DNA from: an uncultured bacterium
Lineage (GTDB): Bacteria > Patescibacteriota > Minisyncoccia > Phycocordibacterales > CAIZLB01
Assembly: GCA_903936565.1 (NCBI GenBank)
Contig: CAIZVZ010000005.1
Coordinates: 38,315 to 102,314 of the forward strand
DNA length: 64,000 nucleotides
Direction of reading: 5' to 3'
Shown here: in pieces, positions 1-10,300 of the stretch
Layout: each line of letters opens with the position of its first letter
Position numbering within the stretch: position 1 is the first letter of the stretch
Notes under the pieces: model-generated
Databases searched by the model: none
What the model was told of the DNA's origin: nothing
The model's input: only the letters and a program-made list of their open reading frames with translations
Position numbers and translations under genes: made by a program

Positions 1-1
1 G

Positions 2-583
2 TTAGATGTTATTGTTATTGACTCTGTTGCAGCGCTAACTCCCAAGGATGAGATTGAAGGAGATATGGGTGCGTCACACATGGGCAAGCAAGCAAGACTA
101 ATGTCTCAGGCACTTAGAAAACTAACTGCGATCGTTGCAAGAAGTAAAACTATTGTAATTTTCATTAACCAAATTAGAATGCAAATCGGTGTTATGTTTG
201 GTAATCCAGAGACAACCCCAGGAGGTAAGGCTCTTAAATTCTATACATCCGTCAGATTGGACATTAGAAGAATTGCTCAGATTAAGAAGGGTGAAGAAAT
301 TATGGGAGGACGTGTTCGAGTTAAGGTCGTGAAGAATAAGGTTGCTGCCCCATTCAGACAAACTGAGTTTGATTTGATGTACAACGAAGGTATTTCAAAG
401 GAAGGAGAAATTATTGCCCTTGGCGAGAAGTTAGACATCATCAACAAAAGCGGAACAAGTTATTCTTACGGAGAAGAAAAGTTGGGTCGTGGATATGATG
501 CAACTCGTCAATTCCTTCGCGCAAACACAAAAATCAGTAATGAAATATTGAAGAGGATCAGAGAGCATTTGAAGGATCTGTAG
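2..583 (+). CDS. recA: Recombinase RecA (5'-partial)
   Basis: Frame open from the window edge ([20 protein letters not shown]); motifs [27 protein letters not shown] and KNKVAAPF. Confidence 0.98.
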   Translation, partial: LDVIVIDSVAALTPKDEIEGDMGASHMGKQARLMSQALRKLTAIVARSKTIVIFINQIRMQIGVMFGNPETTPGGKALKFYTSVRLDIRRIAQIKKGEEIMGGRVRVKVVKNKVAAPFRQTEFDLMYNEGISKEGEIIALGEKLDIINKSGTSYSYGEEKLGRGYDATRQFLRANTKISNEILKRIREHLKDL

Positions 584-640
584 GAAAAGATTACTAGGAG
601 CATGGACATCTCCCCTCTTATGGTCTACAATGGCCATATT

Positions 641-1204
641 ATGTATGATTATAATGAAATTACAGTAAGAAAGTTTATCGTTTTCGAGGGTGAACCATAT
701 GAAGTTATGAGTTCTCATATTTTCAGAAAGCAAATGAGAAAGCCAGTTAACGATACAAAATTAAAGAACTTATTAAACGGTAGAATTGTAGAGCACTCGT
801 TTGGTGCAACTGACAAAGTATACCAAGCTGAGATCGACTCAAAGAAGATCAAATTCCTATATTCAAACAAAGGAGAATGGTGGTTCTGCGAAGAGAACAA
901 TCCAGCTGCTCGTTTCAAGATAGATGAGAGTGTACTAGGAAATAGTGGTAAATTCCTTAAGCCAAACACTGTGGTTGAGGCTTCAGTTTTTGATGAGCAC
1001 ATCTTTAGAGTAGACCTTCCAATTAAGGTAGAGCTAGTTGTTAAAGAAGCTCCCCCAGTTCTAAGAGGTGACTCTTCAAAGAGTGGAAACAAGCTTGTTG
1101 TTCTTGAAACCGGAGCAGGGCTTAACGTCCCAATGTTCGTAGTTGAAGGAGATGTTGTTAGAATCAACACAGAGACAGGTGAATATGTAGAGCGAGTCAA
1201 ATAG
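641..1204 (+). CDS. efp: Elongation factor P
   Basis: C-terminal LETGAGLNVPMFVVEGDVVRINTETGEYVER; start at ATG 641 after TGGACA-N17-TACAAT. Confidence 0.93.
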   Translation: MYDYNEITVRKFIVFEGEPYEVMSSHIFRKQMRKPVNDTKLKNLLNGRIVEHSFGATDKVYQAEIDSKKIKFLYSNKGEWWFCEENNPAARFKIDESVLGNSGKFLKPNTVVEASVFDEHIFRVDLPIKVELVVKEAPPVLRGDSSKSGNKLVVLETGAGLNVPMFVVEGDVVRINTETGEYVERVK

Positions 1205-1249
1205 ACTTCAACTCAATACACCGACCTGGCACCACAGCTCGGTAGGCAT

Positions 1250-1291
1250 CAAAACAAAAACCCCAAGATTTCACTCTGGGGTTTTTGTTTT
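1250..1291. terminator. Bidirectional intrinsic terminator between efp and rpsR
   Basis: aaaacaaaaacccca-loop-tggggtttttgtttt between convergent genes. Confidence 0.85.
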
Positions 1292-1339
1292 ATCTTCTAC
1301 AATGAGACCTGAAGATCGTTCTAATCAGGCCTAAATGAC

Positions 1340-1543
1340 CTATTGAGCGATGAATGGCAGTATAGCCATAAATCTAGCTCTCTTCACAGCTAAAGCCAGC
1401 TTACGTTGGCTCTTAGCGCTTACGCCGGTTTTCTTTCTTGAAAGAAGTCTTGCGTGTGGATTAAGAAACTTCTTTAGAAGCTCTGTATCTTTGTAGTCAA
1501 CATGCTTGATGTTGTTTTGTGAGAAATAACAATGTTTTGTCAT
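1340..1543 (-). CDS. rpsR: 30S ribosomal protein S18
   Basis: VDYKDTELLKKFL...QRKLALAVKRARFMAILPF. Confidence 0.97.
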   Translation of the reverse strand: MTKHCYFSQNNIKHVDYKDTELLKKFLNPHARLLSRKKTGVSAKSQRKLALAVKRARFMAILPFIAQ

Positions 1544-1576
1544 ATTTTTAATTTAATTTTCCAGTAAGTATCTAGA

Positions 1577-2059
1577 TTAGAATGGAATATCCTCTGGGTT
1601 AATTTCTTCCTCTGGATATTCTATTGAATCCAATTGATTTAGTGCGTTTCCTGTATCATCTGCTTTTTTAGATGAGACAGTGTCAGATCCTGCTCCTGCG
1701 TTTCCGTAAGAACTTGAACTTGGAGCATCTCCAGCTCTGTTTCCAAATTGAATATTGTCTGCAATAACCTCTGTTCTATAGAGCTTCTTTCCATCAGCAC
1801 CATCCCAAGAACGAGTCTGCATTCTACCTTCAACCAGCACACTGCTTCCCTTCTTAAGATATTGAGCGGAAGTTTCAGCTTGACGACCGAACACCACAAC
1901 ATTGTGATAATCTGCCGCTTCTTGCTTTGCTCCGTTCTTATCCTTCCAAACTCTATTTGTTGCAACAGAGAATGATGTAACTGTAATTCCTGATGGCAAA
2001 GCCTTAAGCTCTGGATCACGAGTTAAATTTCCGATAATTATTGCTTTGTTTAAATACAT
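1577..2059 (-). CDS. ssb: Single-stranded DNA-binding protein
   Basis: LNKAIIIGNLTRDPE; acidic C-terminal tail EDIPF. Confidence 0.97.
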   Translation of the reverse strand: MYLNKAIIIGNLTRDPELKALPSGITVTSFSVATNRVWKDKNGAKQEAADYHNVVVFGRQAETSAQYLKKGSSVLVEGRMQTRSWDGADGKKLYRTEVIADNIQFGNRAGDAPSSSSYGNAGAGSDTVSSKKADDTGNALNQLDSIEYPEEEINPEDIPF

Positions 2060-2098
2060 AATGCTTATTATATAATACTTTAGGTTTGATTAATACCA

Positions 2099-2665
2099 CT
2101 ATTCAGTTGCAATATCAGCCACTTTTTCAGTATCTACAATTTCACTAACGGCATCATCTGATGAAACAACGTCGGCAACTGCATCCTCTGCAGGAACTTC
2201 GGTAGCATCATCTTCTGTTGTTATATCCTCAACTGGCTCATCTGCAATCTTTACGATCTTTGATGATGAATCAGCTTTAATCTCGGCAACAGCTCCAAGG
2301 AAAGTGTTTTCCTTAACAGTCTTGATTAATAGAAAACGAAGCATTGGGCCAAAAGCCTTAATCTCCTTCTCTAGTGGAACTATCTCCTCAGGATTAATTT
2401 CAAACTTAACCCATCCGAAATATGATGTTAAATAATTCTTTCTATCCGCCTTTACTGTCTTACTTATTGGATACGCAAGGTTTTTAAACTTAGGCATTTC
2501 TTCTGCGATAAATTGTCCTCCGCGCTTCTCAATAAGTGACTTAAGGTGCGAGAATTGTACAGCGACCTCGTCCTCAACTATTGTTGAGACAAAGTGAAAA
2601 CCGAGTTCATAGACTCTGTTTTCAAGCTGTTGGTCCTCTTCTATAAGTTCAACTTTTTTTGCCAT
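2099..2665 (-). CDS. rpsF: 30S ribosomal protein S6 with long acidic C-terminal tail
   Basis: YELGFH...LAYPI...YFGWVKF...LRFLLIK; rpsF-ssb-rpsR synteny. Confidence 0.9.
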   Translation of the reverse strand: MAKKVELIEEDQQLENRVYELGFHFVSTIVEDEVAVQFSHLKSLIEKRGGQFIAEEMPKFKNLAYPISKTVKADRKNYLTSYFGWVKFEINPEEIVPLEKEIKAFGPMLRFLLIKTVKENTFLGAVAEIKADSSSKIVKIADEPVEDITTEDDATEVPAEDAVADVVSSDDAVSEIVDTEKVADIATE

Positions 2666-2772
2666 GTCAGAAGACTAACACAAAAGGCCGATATGAGCAA
2701 CCTCGTGGCCTTAATCGACAATGTCTTAAATCAGGTCTATTTTAGGGGATTTAAAGGATTTTTGGGTTGCAA

Positions 2773-3591
2773 TTAGCCGAAAAATATCTGGTTGACGTTT
2801 GCCCCAATCTGCTCCCTCGCCTCCTCAATAGAAATACCCTTAATTTCGGCTATTTTCTGTACCACAAACTTCACATGTACAGGCTCTGCTCTTTTACCCC
2901 TAAACGGAACGGGTGCGACATATGGGCAATCCGTCTCAGAAAGAATCTTATCTAAGGGTATCTCTTTGATTATGGACTCATAGTCCTTAGCAAAGGTAAT
3001 AACCCCCGTGAATGATATTGTAAATCCGCAACTTATGAATGCTTTTGCTTGCTCTATTGAACCAGCAAAGAAGTGTGCATTCCCTCGCAATCTTACACCT
3101 TGGACCCTAATGTAATTATTAAGAATTTCTAAAGTTTCGTTATAACTATCCCTACAATGCAACATTAACGGCTTGTCAATAGCTATAGAGATGTCAATTT
3201 GGCCTCTAAATATTTTCTCCTGTATTTCTTTAACTTTCATAACGTCTACATCCGGATTATATTCAGCTAATTTGAAGAAATCCAAACCACACTCTCCTAT
3301 TCCAATGACCTTTGGATGTTTTGCCAATTCCGCAAGTTCAACGAGCGTACTTTCTATCAAGCCTGCCTTTTCTAAGTCCATTACCTCGTGTGGATGAATT
3401 CCAACAATCGCATAAACCCCCTCATCATATTTTTCGGCGATATCAATAGCTCGCTTTGAAGACTCAATATCAGTTCCAACATTCACCACAAACACATCCT
3501 CGTCTAAGGCTCTTTTTAAAACCTCGTCCCTGTCTGCATCAAACTCTGGAAAGTTCACATGAGCATGTGTATCTATATATTCGAATTTCAT
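2773..3591 (-). CDS. tatD: TatD family deoxyribonuclease
   Basis: IDTHAH, GIHPH, IGECGLD, LHCRD, ETDCPY motifs. Confidence 0.93.
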   Translation of the reverse strand: MKFEYIDTHAHVNFPEFDADRDEVLKRALDEDVFVVNVGTDIESSKRAIDIAEKYDEGVYAIVGIHPHEVMDLEKAGLIESTLVELAELAKHPKVIGIGECGLDFFKLAEYNPDVDVMKVKEIQEKIFRGQIDISIAIDKPLMLHCRDSYNETLEILNNYIRVQGVRLRGNAHFFAGSIEQAKAFISCGFTISFTGVITFAKDYESIIKEIPLDKILSETDCPYVAPVPFRGKRAEPVHVKFVVQKIAEIKGISIEEAREQIGANVNQIFFG

Positions 3592-3615
3592 ATAAATTAA
3601 ATAAAATAATCAGAT

Positions 3616-5130
3616 TTAGTCTTTTCTCAAAAACAATGGAGCCTCTGGCATCTTATGATTTGTAATACAATCAATAATCGCAGATGAAGTATTTGGCATT
3701 ACTACTGAAAGTCTATATGCACCAACCAATAATTGCTCTTGTAAATGAATCAAATCCTTACGAGCCAATTCTGGTTCAATTTTAAATTTCTTGAATGGTT
3801 GTTCTTCTTGAATAAATTGATCCAGCTTTGTAAAGTTATCAAAAATTTCTTGAACATACAGGTCTAATCTATAGTCCTCAATATGTTTATTTTCTTTTCC
3901 ATTTAGAATACCAACGGATGCCCTAGATGCCTGTATTTGTTCATTAGAAAGTTTGGCCTCGTAAGAAACCGCCATCTTCATAACTCTTGAAACTAGATTA
4001 CCAATTCCATTTGCAAGGTGCGCATTATAAACTTCCTTGAACTTATTCATCGCAAAAGGTGAATCTTCAAATGGTTGAAGCTCTTTTGTAACAAAGAATC
4101 TAAGTGCATCAGCACCATATTCCTCCACAACTTCTGTTGGATTAATTGTATTTCCCAATGACTTAGACATCTTTACCCCACCCTCACCAGTTATCCAACC
4201 ATTAATAATAATCTTGTTAGTATTTGGTAGACCCGCCGCCAAGAGCATAGACTGCCATGTTAATGCCTGGAATCTGGTATTATCCTTTCCACAATATTGA
4301 ACCGGTGTTCCATCTCTCCAGTATTTATTAAAATCGCCAATTTCCCCTTCACCCTTCTTCTCATTATTTTCATTCTCCGGCCACCCTAAGGTTGAAATGT
4401 AATTTGTAAGCGCATCAAACCAAACATACATAACATGATCATTATCCTCAGGCACGTCAATTCCCCAAGGCATTTTAGCCTTCAGTCTTGAAATACTAAA
4501 GTCCTCCAATCCCCTTTTAACAAACTCCTTCATTTCATTTAGCCTTGATTCTGGAATAACGATTTGCGGATTCGATTCAAATAAAGTATATAACTGGTCA
4601 GCAAGTGCGGATAGTTTAAAGAAATAATTTTCTTCATCGATAATTTCTATATCACGATTTGGGTGAACTGGGCATTTACCATCCACGAGCTCTGAGTCAG
4701 TTTTATTTTCCTCACATCCAACACAGTATTTTGTTTGATAATTCTTCTTGTAAATATAACCCCTTTCTTTAACTCTATTCCATAACGCCTGAGAGCTAGT
4801 TGTGTGATGCTTATCTGTAGTTCTTATAAAGTGAATATCTGACAGAATATCAAGATCGCCAATTAAATTCTTAAACTTTGAAGAAGCCTCATCCAAAAAG
4901 TCCATTATATCCATCCCCCTTTCCTTTGCTGTCTCGAACAATTTGAGACCATGCTCATCCGTTCCAGTATTAAAAAATACATCAAAACCTAGCACTTTTT
5001 TGTATCTAGCTATAACGTCGGCTCTAATTATTTCCATCGCAAATCCAATATGAGGATCACCATTCACATAAGGAAGGGTTGTAGTGATATAGAAACTTTT
5101 CTTATCTTGATTTTTTATATTTTGAGACAT
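3616..5130 (-). CDS. metG: Methionine--tRNA ligase (no C-terminal OB domain)
   Basis: YITTTLPYVNGDPHIGF, GTDEHG, YVWFDAL, KMSKSLGN. Confidence 0.96.
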   Translation of the reverse strand: MSQNIKNQDKKSFYITTTLPYVNGDPHIGFAMEIIRADVIARYKKVLGFDVFFNTGTDEHGLKLFETAKERGMDIMDFLDEASSKFKNLIGDLDILSDIHFIRTTDKHHTTSSQALWNRVKERGYIYKKNYQTKYCVGCEENKTDSELVDGKCPVHPNRDIEIIDEENYFFKLSALADQLYTLFESNPQIVIPESRLNEMKEFVKRGLEDFSISRLKAKMPWGIDVPEDNDHVMYVWFDALTNYISTLGWPENENNEKKGEGEIGDFNKYWRDGTPVQYCGKDNTRFQALTWQSMLLAAGLPNTNKIIINGWITGEGGVKMSKSLGNTINPTEVVEEYGADALRFFVTKELQPFEDSPFAMNKFKEVYNAHLANGIGNLVSRVMKMAVSYEAKLSNEQIQASRASVGILNGKENKHIEDYRLDLYVQEIFDNFTKLDQFIQEEQPFKKFKIEPELARKDLIHLQEQLLVGAYRLSVVMPNTSSAIIDCITNHKMPEAPLFLRKD

Positions 5131-5213
5131 AACTTTATTCTTATTTTAACAATACACGTAGCGATTACTCACCAGACAATATAAACATATTGAGTCTATT
5201 TAGTTTTTAATGC

Positions 5214-6287
5214 TTATTCTGCAGTAGCAGAATCTCTTTTTCGTCTCTCTACATCATCTATGTATTCCATGAGTGCAACAGAGACGGGAACTGCGAGGAT
5301 GGCGCCAACAAGACCGGCGAGTTCAGCGCCGGCAACTAGAGAGATGATTACAAGAAGAGGTGGAACACCAACAAGCTTCTTAACAACCAACGGATAGAAA
5401 ACATGAGCTTCAATCTGCTGAACAATCAAGTAGAGTCCAACAATAAACAATCCAACGCCAATTCCCCCGTCTAGTATACCTAGGAAAAATGCGGGGATTG
5501 CAGAAAGTGTCATTCCAACAACTGGGATTAACTCGAACACCCCAGCGATTAGCGCGAGCAACAGCGCATGCTTTACACCAAGTATCATCAACCCAATATA
5601 AATAAACACAAACACAACAAGACCAAGAACCAGTTGCCCCTGCATCCATCTTGCGATTTTTGTCTCAGATCTTTGCCATAAACCTCTTACGTATTTTTCC
5701 TTTTCAGGCGGCGTGACAATAGAGAGGAATTCGCCAACACCGTCTTCCCTAACAGAAAGATAGAAGGCGATCACCATAACAAGGATGGTGCTAATAATTC
5801 CTCCAAAGAACCCTGCGACAGTATCAAACATTCCTCCAGAAAAATTGGAAACAGCGTCAGTTACTCTTGAAATAATATCTCCAACAGAAATTGTACTAGG
5901 AATATCTGGGAAGAACAGCTTTGTGCTAGAGTATGCGTTTTGGTTTATTGGACTAAATATATCAATAGTTTTGATATATTTTGGAATACTATTAACAGCT
6001 GAAACTGTTTCACCAAGTAGTATCGGAACAGCAAAGGAGAATAAGGCTGATATTGCACCTATAATCAAAGCATAGACAAAAATTGCAGATAGCGCCCTTG
6101 GGACATTCTTTTTAACAAAGTATTTGACAGCGGGCTCTACAACTGAGGCGATAACGATACCTGTAAGAATTATTAGACCCAGCCCCCTAAGGGCAAACAG
6201 GAAGTACACCCCCAATAAAAATACAGCTATTTTGAAGAGTGTCTTAAAGCTTATATTTAAATTTATTGAATTAGTCTTATCAGTCAC
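5214..6287 (-). CDS. AI-2E family transporter
   Basis: Multi-TM protein; ELIPVVG, QQIEAHVFYPLV, GAILAVP motifs. Confidence 0.88.
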   Translation of the reverse strand: MTDKTNSINLNISFKTLFKIAVFLLGVYFLFALRGLGLIILTGIVIASVVEPAVKYFVKKNVPRALSAIFVYALIIGAISALFSFAVPILLGETVSAVNSIPKYIKTIDIFSPINQNAYSSTKLFFPDIPSTISVGDIISRVTDAVSNFSGGMFDTVAGFFGGIISTILVMVIAFYLSVREDGVGEFLSIVTPPEKEKYVRGLWQRSETKIARWMQGQLVLGLVVFVFIYIGLMILGVKHALLLALIAGVFELIPVVGMTLSAIPAFFLGILDGGIGVGLFIVGLYLIVQQIEAHVFYPLVVKKLVGVPPLLVIISLVAGAELAGLVGAILAVPVSVALMEYIDDVERRKRDSATAE

Positions 6288-6351
6288 AATTAAAGAATAC
6301 CACTAGTTGGCTTGGACTGCAAAGGTTAAAATTTACTTGTATCAAGTTGCC

Positions 6352-7707
6352 CTAAAGCGCCTTCTTCACAACATCTAGGATTTGCTCTATAGACAATCTA
6401 TCTTGAGTAGCGGAATCTCTATATCTCAAAGTCATAGTTTGATCCTTCTCTACAGTGTCAAAATCCACAGTTATACAATACGGTGTACCAATTTCATCTT
6501 GTCTTCTGTATCTTTTACCAATGTTTCCATTATCATCAAACATTATTCTTCCAGGAAATTCCTTCTTCAACATTGAATATACTTCCCTAGCCTTCTCAAC
6601 CAGTTGTGGCTTATTTTTAAGCAAAGGAGAAACTGCAATTAAAACCGGAGCGATCTTTGGTGACAGTTTTAGATAAACCCGCTTCTCTCCGCCAACCTCA
6701 TCTTCCGAATAGGCATCAGTAAGAACTGCCAACACCGTTCTGTCGACACCAAGCGATGGCTCAATACAATGTGGAATAAATCGCTCTTTTGTTTCCTCAT
6801 CAAAGAAAGACAAATCAGTTCCAGATGCTTCAGAGTGACTCTTTAAGTCAAAGTCAGTTCTATAAGCAAGACCATAAAGCTCCTTTTGACCCATTGGAAA
6901 ATCAAACTCAAAATCAATTGTTCTCTTTGAATAGTGGGCCAAATCCTCTGGAGCAATTTCAACATCGTGGATTTTAGCTGGAGTTAAACCAACATCATCA
7001 GCAAAAGCATGTACTTGTTGTCTAAAATGCTCAAATGATTCTTCCCAACTATTTGGATTAACAAAATACTCAATTTCCATTTGCTCAAACTCACGAGTTC
7101 TAAATATAAAGTCCCTTGGGGCAATTTCATTTCTAAAAGCCTTTCCAATTTGAGCCATACCAAATGGTAGCTTTGGGTGGAATGAGTCTAGGGTGTTTTT
7201 AAAGTTTACAAACATTCCCTGTGCTGTTTCGGGACGAAGGTATGATACTGAATCTTCATCTTGATTTGCCCCAACGTGGGTTGTGAACATCATTTTGAAT
7301 TGCCTAACATCGCCAAGTGCATTTCCTTCCGGACTCTTGATTCCCTTTTCTTTTATTGCAGCATCCATTTCTTTTAGTGACATTCCCTTGATATCAACAC
7401 CAGCTTCTTGTAGTAAGTGATCAGCTCTGTATCTTTTGTTAGTTTTAATGTCGTCAACGAGAGGATCAAAGAATCCCGCAACATGACCACTCGCTTTCCA
7501 AACATTTTGATTCATTAGAATTGCAGCATCGACTCCGTACATATCGTCTCGATCTAGAACAAAACGCTTCCACCAAGTATTCTTGATGTTATTTTTTAGT
7601 GCCAAACCTAAGTGCCCATAGTCCCAAGTTCCAGCAAGACCTCCATAAATTTCTGAACCTTGGTATATAAAACCGCGTCTTTTAGCCAATGCAATTATTT
7701 CTTCCAT
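6352..7707 (-). CDS. glyQS: Glycine--tRNA ligase, alpha2 (eukaryote/archaea-like) type
   Basis: AKRRGF, YLRPETAQGMF, GKAFRNEI, REFEQME, IGKRYRRQDEIGTP; start moved to ATG 7707. Confidence 0.96.
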   Translation of the reverse strand: MEEIIALAKRRGFIYQGSEIYGGLAGTWDYGHLGLALKNNIKNTWWKRFVLDRDDMYGVDAAILMNQNVWKASGHVAGFFDPLVDDIKTNKRYRADHLLQEAGVDIKGMSLKEMDAAIKEKGIKSPEGNALGDVRQFKMMFTTHVGANQDEDSVSYLRPETAQGMFVNFKNTLDSFHPKLPFGMAQIGKAFRNEIAPRDFIFRTREFEQMEIEYFVNPNSWEESFEHFRQQVHAFADDVGLTPAKIHDVEIAPEDLAHYSKRTIDFEFDFPMGQKELYGLAYRTDFDLKSHSEASGTDLSFFDEETKERFIPHCIEPSLGVDRTVLAVLTDAYSEDEVGGEKRVYLKLSPKIAPVLIAVSPLLKNKPQLVEKAREVYSMLKKEFPGRIMFDDNGNIGKRYRRQDEIGTPYCITVDFDTVEKDQTMTLRYRDSATQDRLSIEQILDVVKKAL

Positions 7708-7740
7708 ATATTGATATAGTAGCAGTTTTTTAGGGAAAGC

Positions 7741-7770
7741 AAAACACCGCGACCCTAGGGCCGCGGTGTG
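7741..7770 (-). terminator. Intrinsic terminator of small ORF 7787-8044
   Basis: Minus strand acaccgcgg-ccctag-ggtcgcggtgt followed by tttgcttt. Confidence 0.75.
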
Positions 7771-7786
7771 GTTGGCACTACACCTC

Positions 7787-8044
7787 TCACATACGAGAAA
7801 CAAGCCAGAAGTAAATTGCCGGGGTGGCTACCGCACCGATGAGTGCGATATCCCTCGCCCAACGGAGGACCGAGGAACCTTTCCAGGTCACATCGATTCT
7901 TTCCCTTGCGGCTGCCCGCTCTTTCTTAGCCTCATCGCCGTCGTGCCAAAAGACACTCTTGATGATGTAGGCCAAGGTCACCAAAATGGCAACCAGAAAC
8001 GAGGTGGCGGCTAATGCCAATAGCATAAGTAACACGGTGTTCAT
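7787..8044 (-). CDS. Small hypothetical membrane protein (two hydrophobic segments)
   Basis: 85-aa ORF with its own upstream promoter-like sequence and a terminator; no family recognised. Confidence 0.6.
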   Translation of the reverse strand: MNTVLLMLLALAATSFLVAILVTLAYIIKSVFWHDGDEAKKERAAARERIDVTWKGSSVLRWARDIALIGAVATPAIYFWLVSRM

Positions 8045-8211
8045 TTGTCAATTTTTCATGCCGGAGTGTAGGACTATGTATGGGTTTAAACGGAACTGCC
8101 CGCAGAAACTTCATATAAAATCCAGTTCAGTTTTGGCTTACTGTTCCGTCTAATATTTAATCATATAATAGGTCAAATGTCAATACCTCCATAAATCCAC
8201 ATCAGGGAGAT

Positions 8212-10236
8212 CTACTTCCTCAAAACCCTATCCAAACTCATGTCATATTTTGAATCTGACCTTATTTGAGTATTTAAAGAATACCCATTTGCACTAACTA
8301 CAGTATTGGTAAAGCTATCTGTTCCGGCAATCTTCTGTGAATTAACGATAATTGGTGATTGATTAACCTGTGAGAGGCTCGGTAAAAACTCAACCTGATA
8401 AGACATTTCCTTTGGATTAGAAACATATCCGGTTCCTGGGGCAACATCTCCTGCCTTCCATGTAATTGTTCTGTTCGCTGAATCATACAAAACAGTTGAG
8501 CTGGCGGTTGTTGGCGAAACCTTACCCAACCAATTAACATAAATTGGAAGTTTTGCTGTATAGATCAAACCCCTAACACTATTGAATGAATTACTTATTT
8601 TTACATTAACTGTGTATGTTGTTTTATTGTTTGCCTTGGCTGGCATTGGACCAGTGTTTGTAAAAGGACCGTCGTGATAAAGGAGACTGGTCTCCAAACC
8701 AAGATCACTAACGATTCTTATTTTACGAGACGATTGCGATGTAACAACCTCAGCAACCTTATTCTCATTTAACCTGTTTCCCTTGACGGTAAAATTCAAA
8801 GTGATCTCAGGTCGTCTTATGTTTGATGCCAAATCCTTTGTTAAATCAAATACTTTCATATTAAAGTTTGAAGTTCCGCTTTTATTTGGTGCCACATCCT
8901 CCATCTGTGGATCGTTGCTTTTTTCCCAATAAAGCGTATCGTTGTCAGACTTATAAAATCCATTTGGAACCGCTACACTATTTCTATCAACCATAACACC
9001 AGAAAGTTTCCCTTCAATTGAAACATCGTGTATCGAGACGTCTAGATTATTTTTCCATATGATTTCACCCTGCAATAATTGACCACTATTTGCAACAACA
9101 ATCTCGTCTCCGCTACCATTAACCGCAACATCAGCACCCAAGAACGGCGCGCTTAAATTAATTGTATTTATTGCAGAGGCAAAAATTGTATCAATCTCGT
9201 TGGGGTTTTTATTCTGAGCAGTTCCCGCAAAAAATCTAACTGTTCGCTCTTGGTTTACCTGACCAAATATTTTGGCATTAATTTCAATCTTCTTCACCTC
9301 CCCTGGCGCAATGTCCCCTAGTCTCCAATGATCTGTTGCCAAAGAAGGATCTGGATCTGCTGAAACATAATCAAAGCCAAATGGGTATTCCGCACTAAGA
9401 ACAACATCTTTAATAACATCAGCGGAGTTAGATTTTACAGACACTACAAATTTTGTAGATTGTTCTGGAATGATTTCTTTTACAGAGTCTACTGTAATAG
9501 AAACAGGCCCAGCGCCAATACCGATCGGGTAAGTCTTTTGCTTAGCAAATAAACTATTTGTTCCAGGAAGTTTATATTCCAATGAAACACTGATATTCTT
9601 TGTAGAACCCTCCTCACCTAAGATAATAGACTTAACCGATGTTCGTTGAGTTCCCCCAGCCACTATCGTACCCAAGGGGATTCTGTCAGTTATAAGACTT
9701 GTCACCTTATCGTCAGCTCGTCTCGTACCGTCTGGATACGTCATGATTAAATCAACATCTTCCAGCGCATCGGAATTATTATTGAATACATTTACATCAA
9801 GCGATAATTCCTGACCTGCTGAAATTATAATCGGACCGGAAACACTAAGCTCAATGTTGGCGCCTGATATAATGTTTGGGTTTATTGTGAAATAATAATA
9901 AGCAACGGCTGCAGCAATTACCAAGAAGACAACAGAGAAAACCGTTAAGCCTTTCAAGAAAGAGTATATTTTGGACGCGTCACTGTTTTTGTCAGTAGAT
10001 TTTGTTGATCCAGAAGCTGTATTTGCATTATCAACTATGTAGGTAGCAGAAAAAGGATCCTCTTTTTTACCACCTTCCTCAACCACCCTGTCGTTGTCAC
10101 CATCATCCTCATCACCCCAGTTTCTATTTACAGAAACATGATGATCGTGCATTTTGACATGCTTCATCTTTGGCAGGTCACCAGATATAGAATCTAGCTT
10201 CTTTTTTAATTCCGCTATTTTTCCTTCGTCTTTCAT
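8212..10236 (-). CDS. Large single-pass membrane protein with repeated beta-rich (Ig/DUF11-like) extracellular domains
   Basis: One TM helix, then beta-rich repeats (YPDG, YPFGF, WRLGDIAPG, WKAGDVAPG); start ATG 10236 after TGATATAAT. Confidence 0.7.
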   Translation of the reverse strand: MKDEGKIAELKKKLDSISGDLPKMKHVKMHDHHVSVNRNWGDEDDGDNDRVVEEGGKKEDPFSATYIVDNANTASGSTKSTDKNSDASKIYSFLKGLTVFSVVFLVIAAAVAYYYFTINPNIISGANIELSVSGPIIISAGQELSLDVNVFNNNSDALEDVDLIMTYPDGTRRADDKVTSLITDRIPLGTIVAGGTQRTSVKSIILGEEGSTKNISVSLEYKLPGTNSLFAKQKTYPIGIGAGPVSITVDSVKEIIPEQSTKFVVSVKSNSADVIKDVVLSAEYPFGFDYVSADPDPSLATDHWRLGDIAPGEVKKIEINAKIFGQVNQERTVRFFAGTAQNKNPNEIDTIFASAINTINLSAPFLGADVAVNGSGDEIVVANSGQLLQGEIIWKNNLDVSIHDVSIEGKLSGVMVDRNSVAVPNGFYKSDNDTLYWEKSNDPQMEDVAPNKSGTSNFNMKVFDLTKDLASNIRRPEITLNFTVKGNRLNENKVAEVVTSQSSRKIRIVSDLGLETSLLYHDGPFTNTGPMPAKANNKTTYTVNVKISNSFNSVRGLIYTAKLPIYVNWLGKVSPTTASSTVLYDSANRTITWKAGDVAPGTGYVSNPKEMSYQVEFLPSLSQVNQSPIIVNSQKIAGTDSFTNTVVSANGYSLNTQIRSDSKYDMSLDRVLRK

Positions 10237-10300
10237 GCGATAAATTATATCACCCTTTGGGTAATTAAGTACAATCACCGGGTAATAAACGAACAGGTAA

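Noticed and set aside
1340-2665. Absence of rplI after rpsR as evidence of L9 loss
   Set aside because: rplI is often unlinked; cannot be judged from one window
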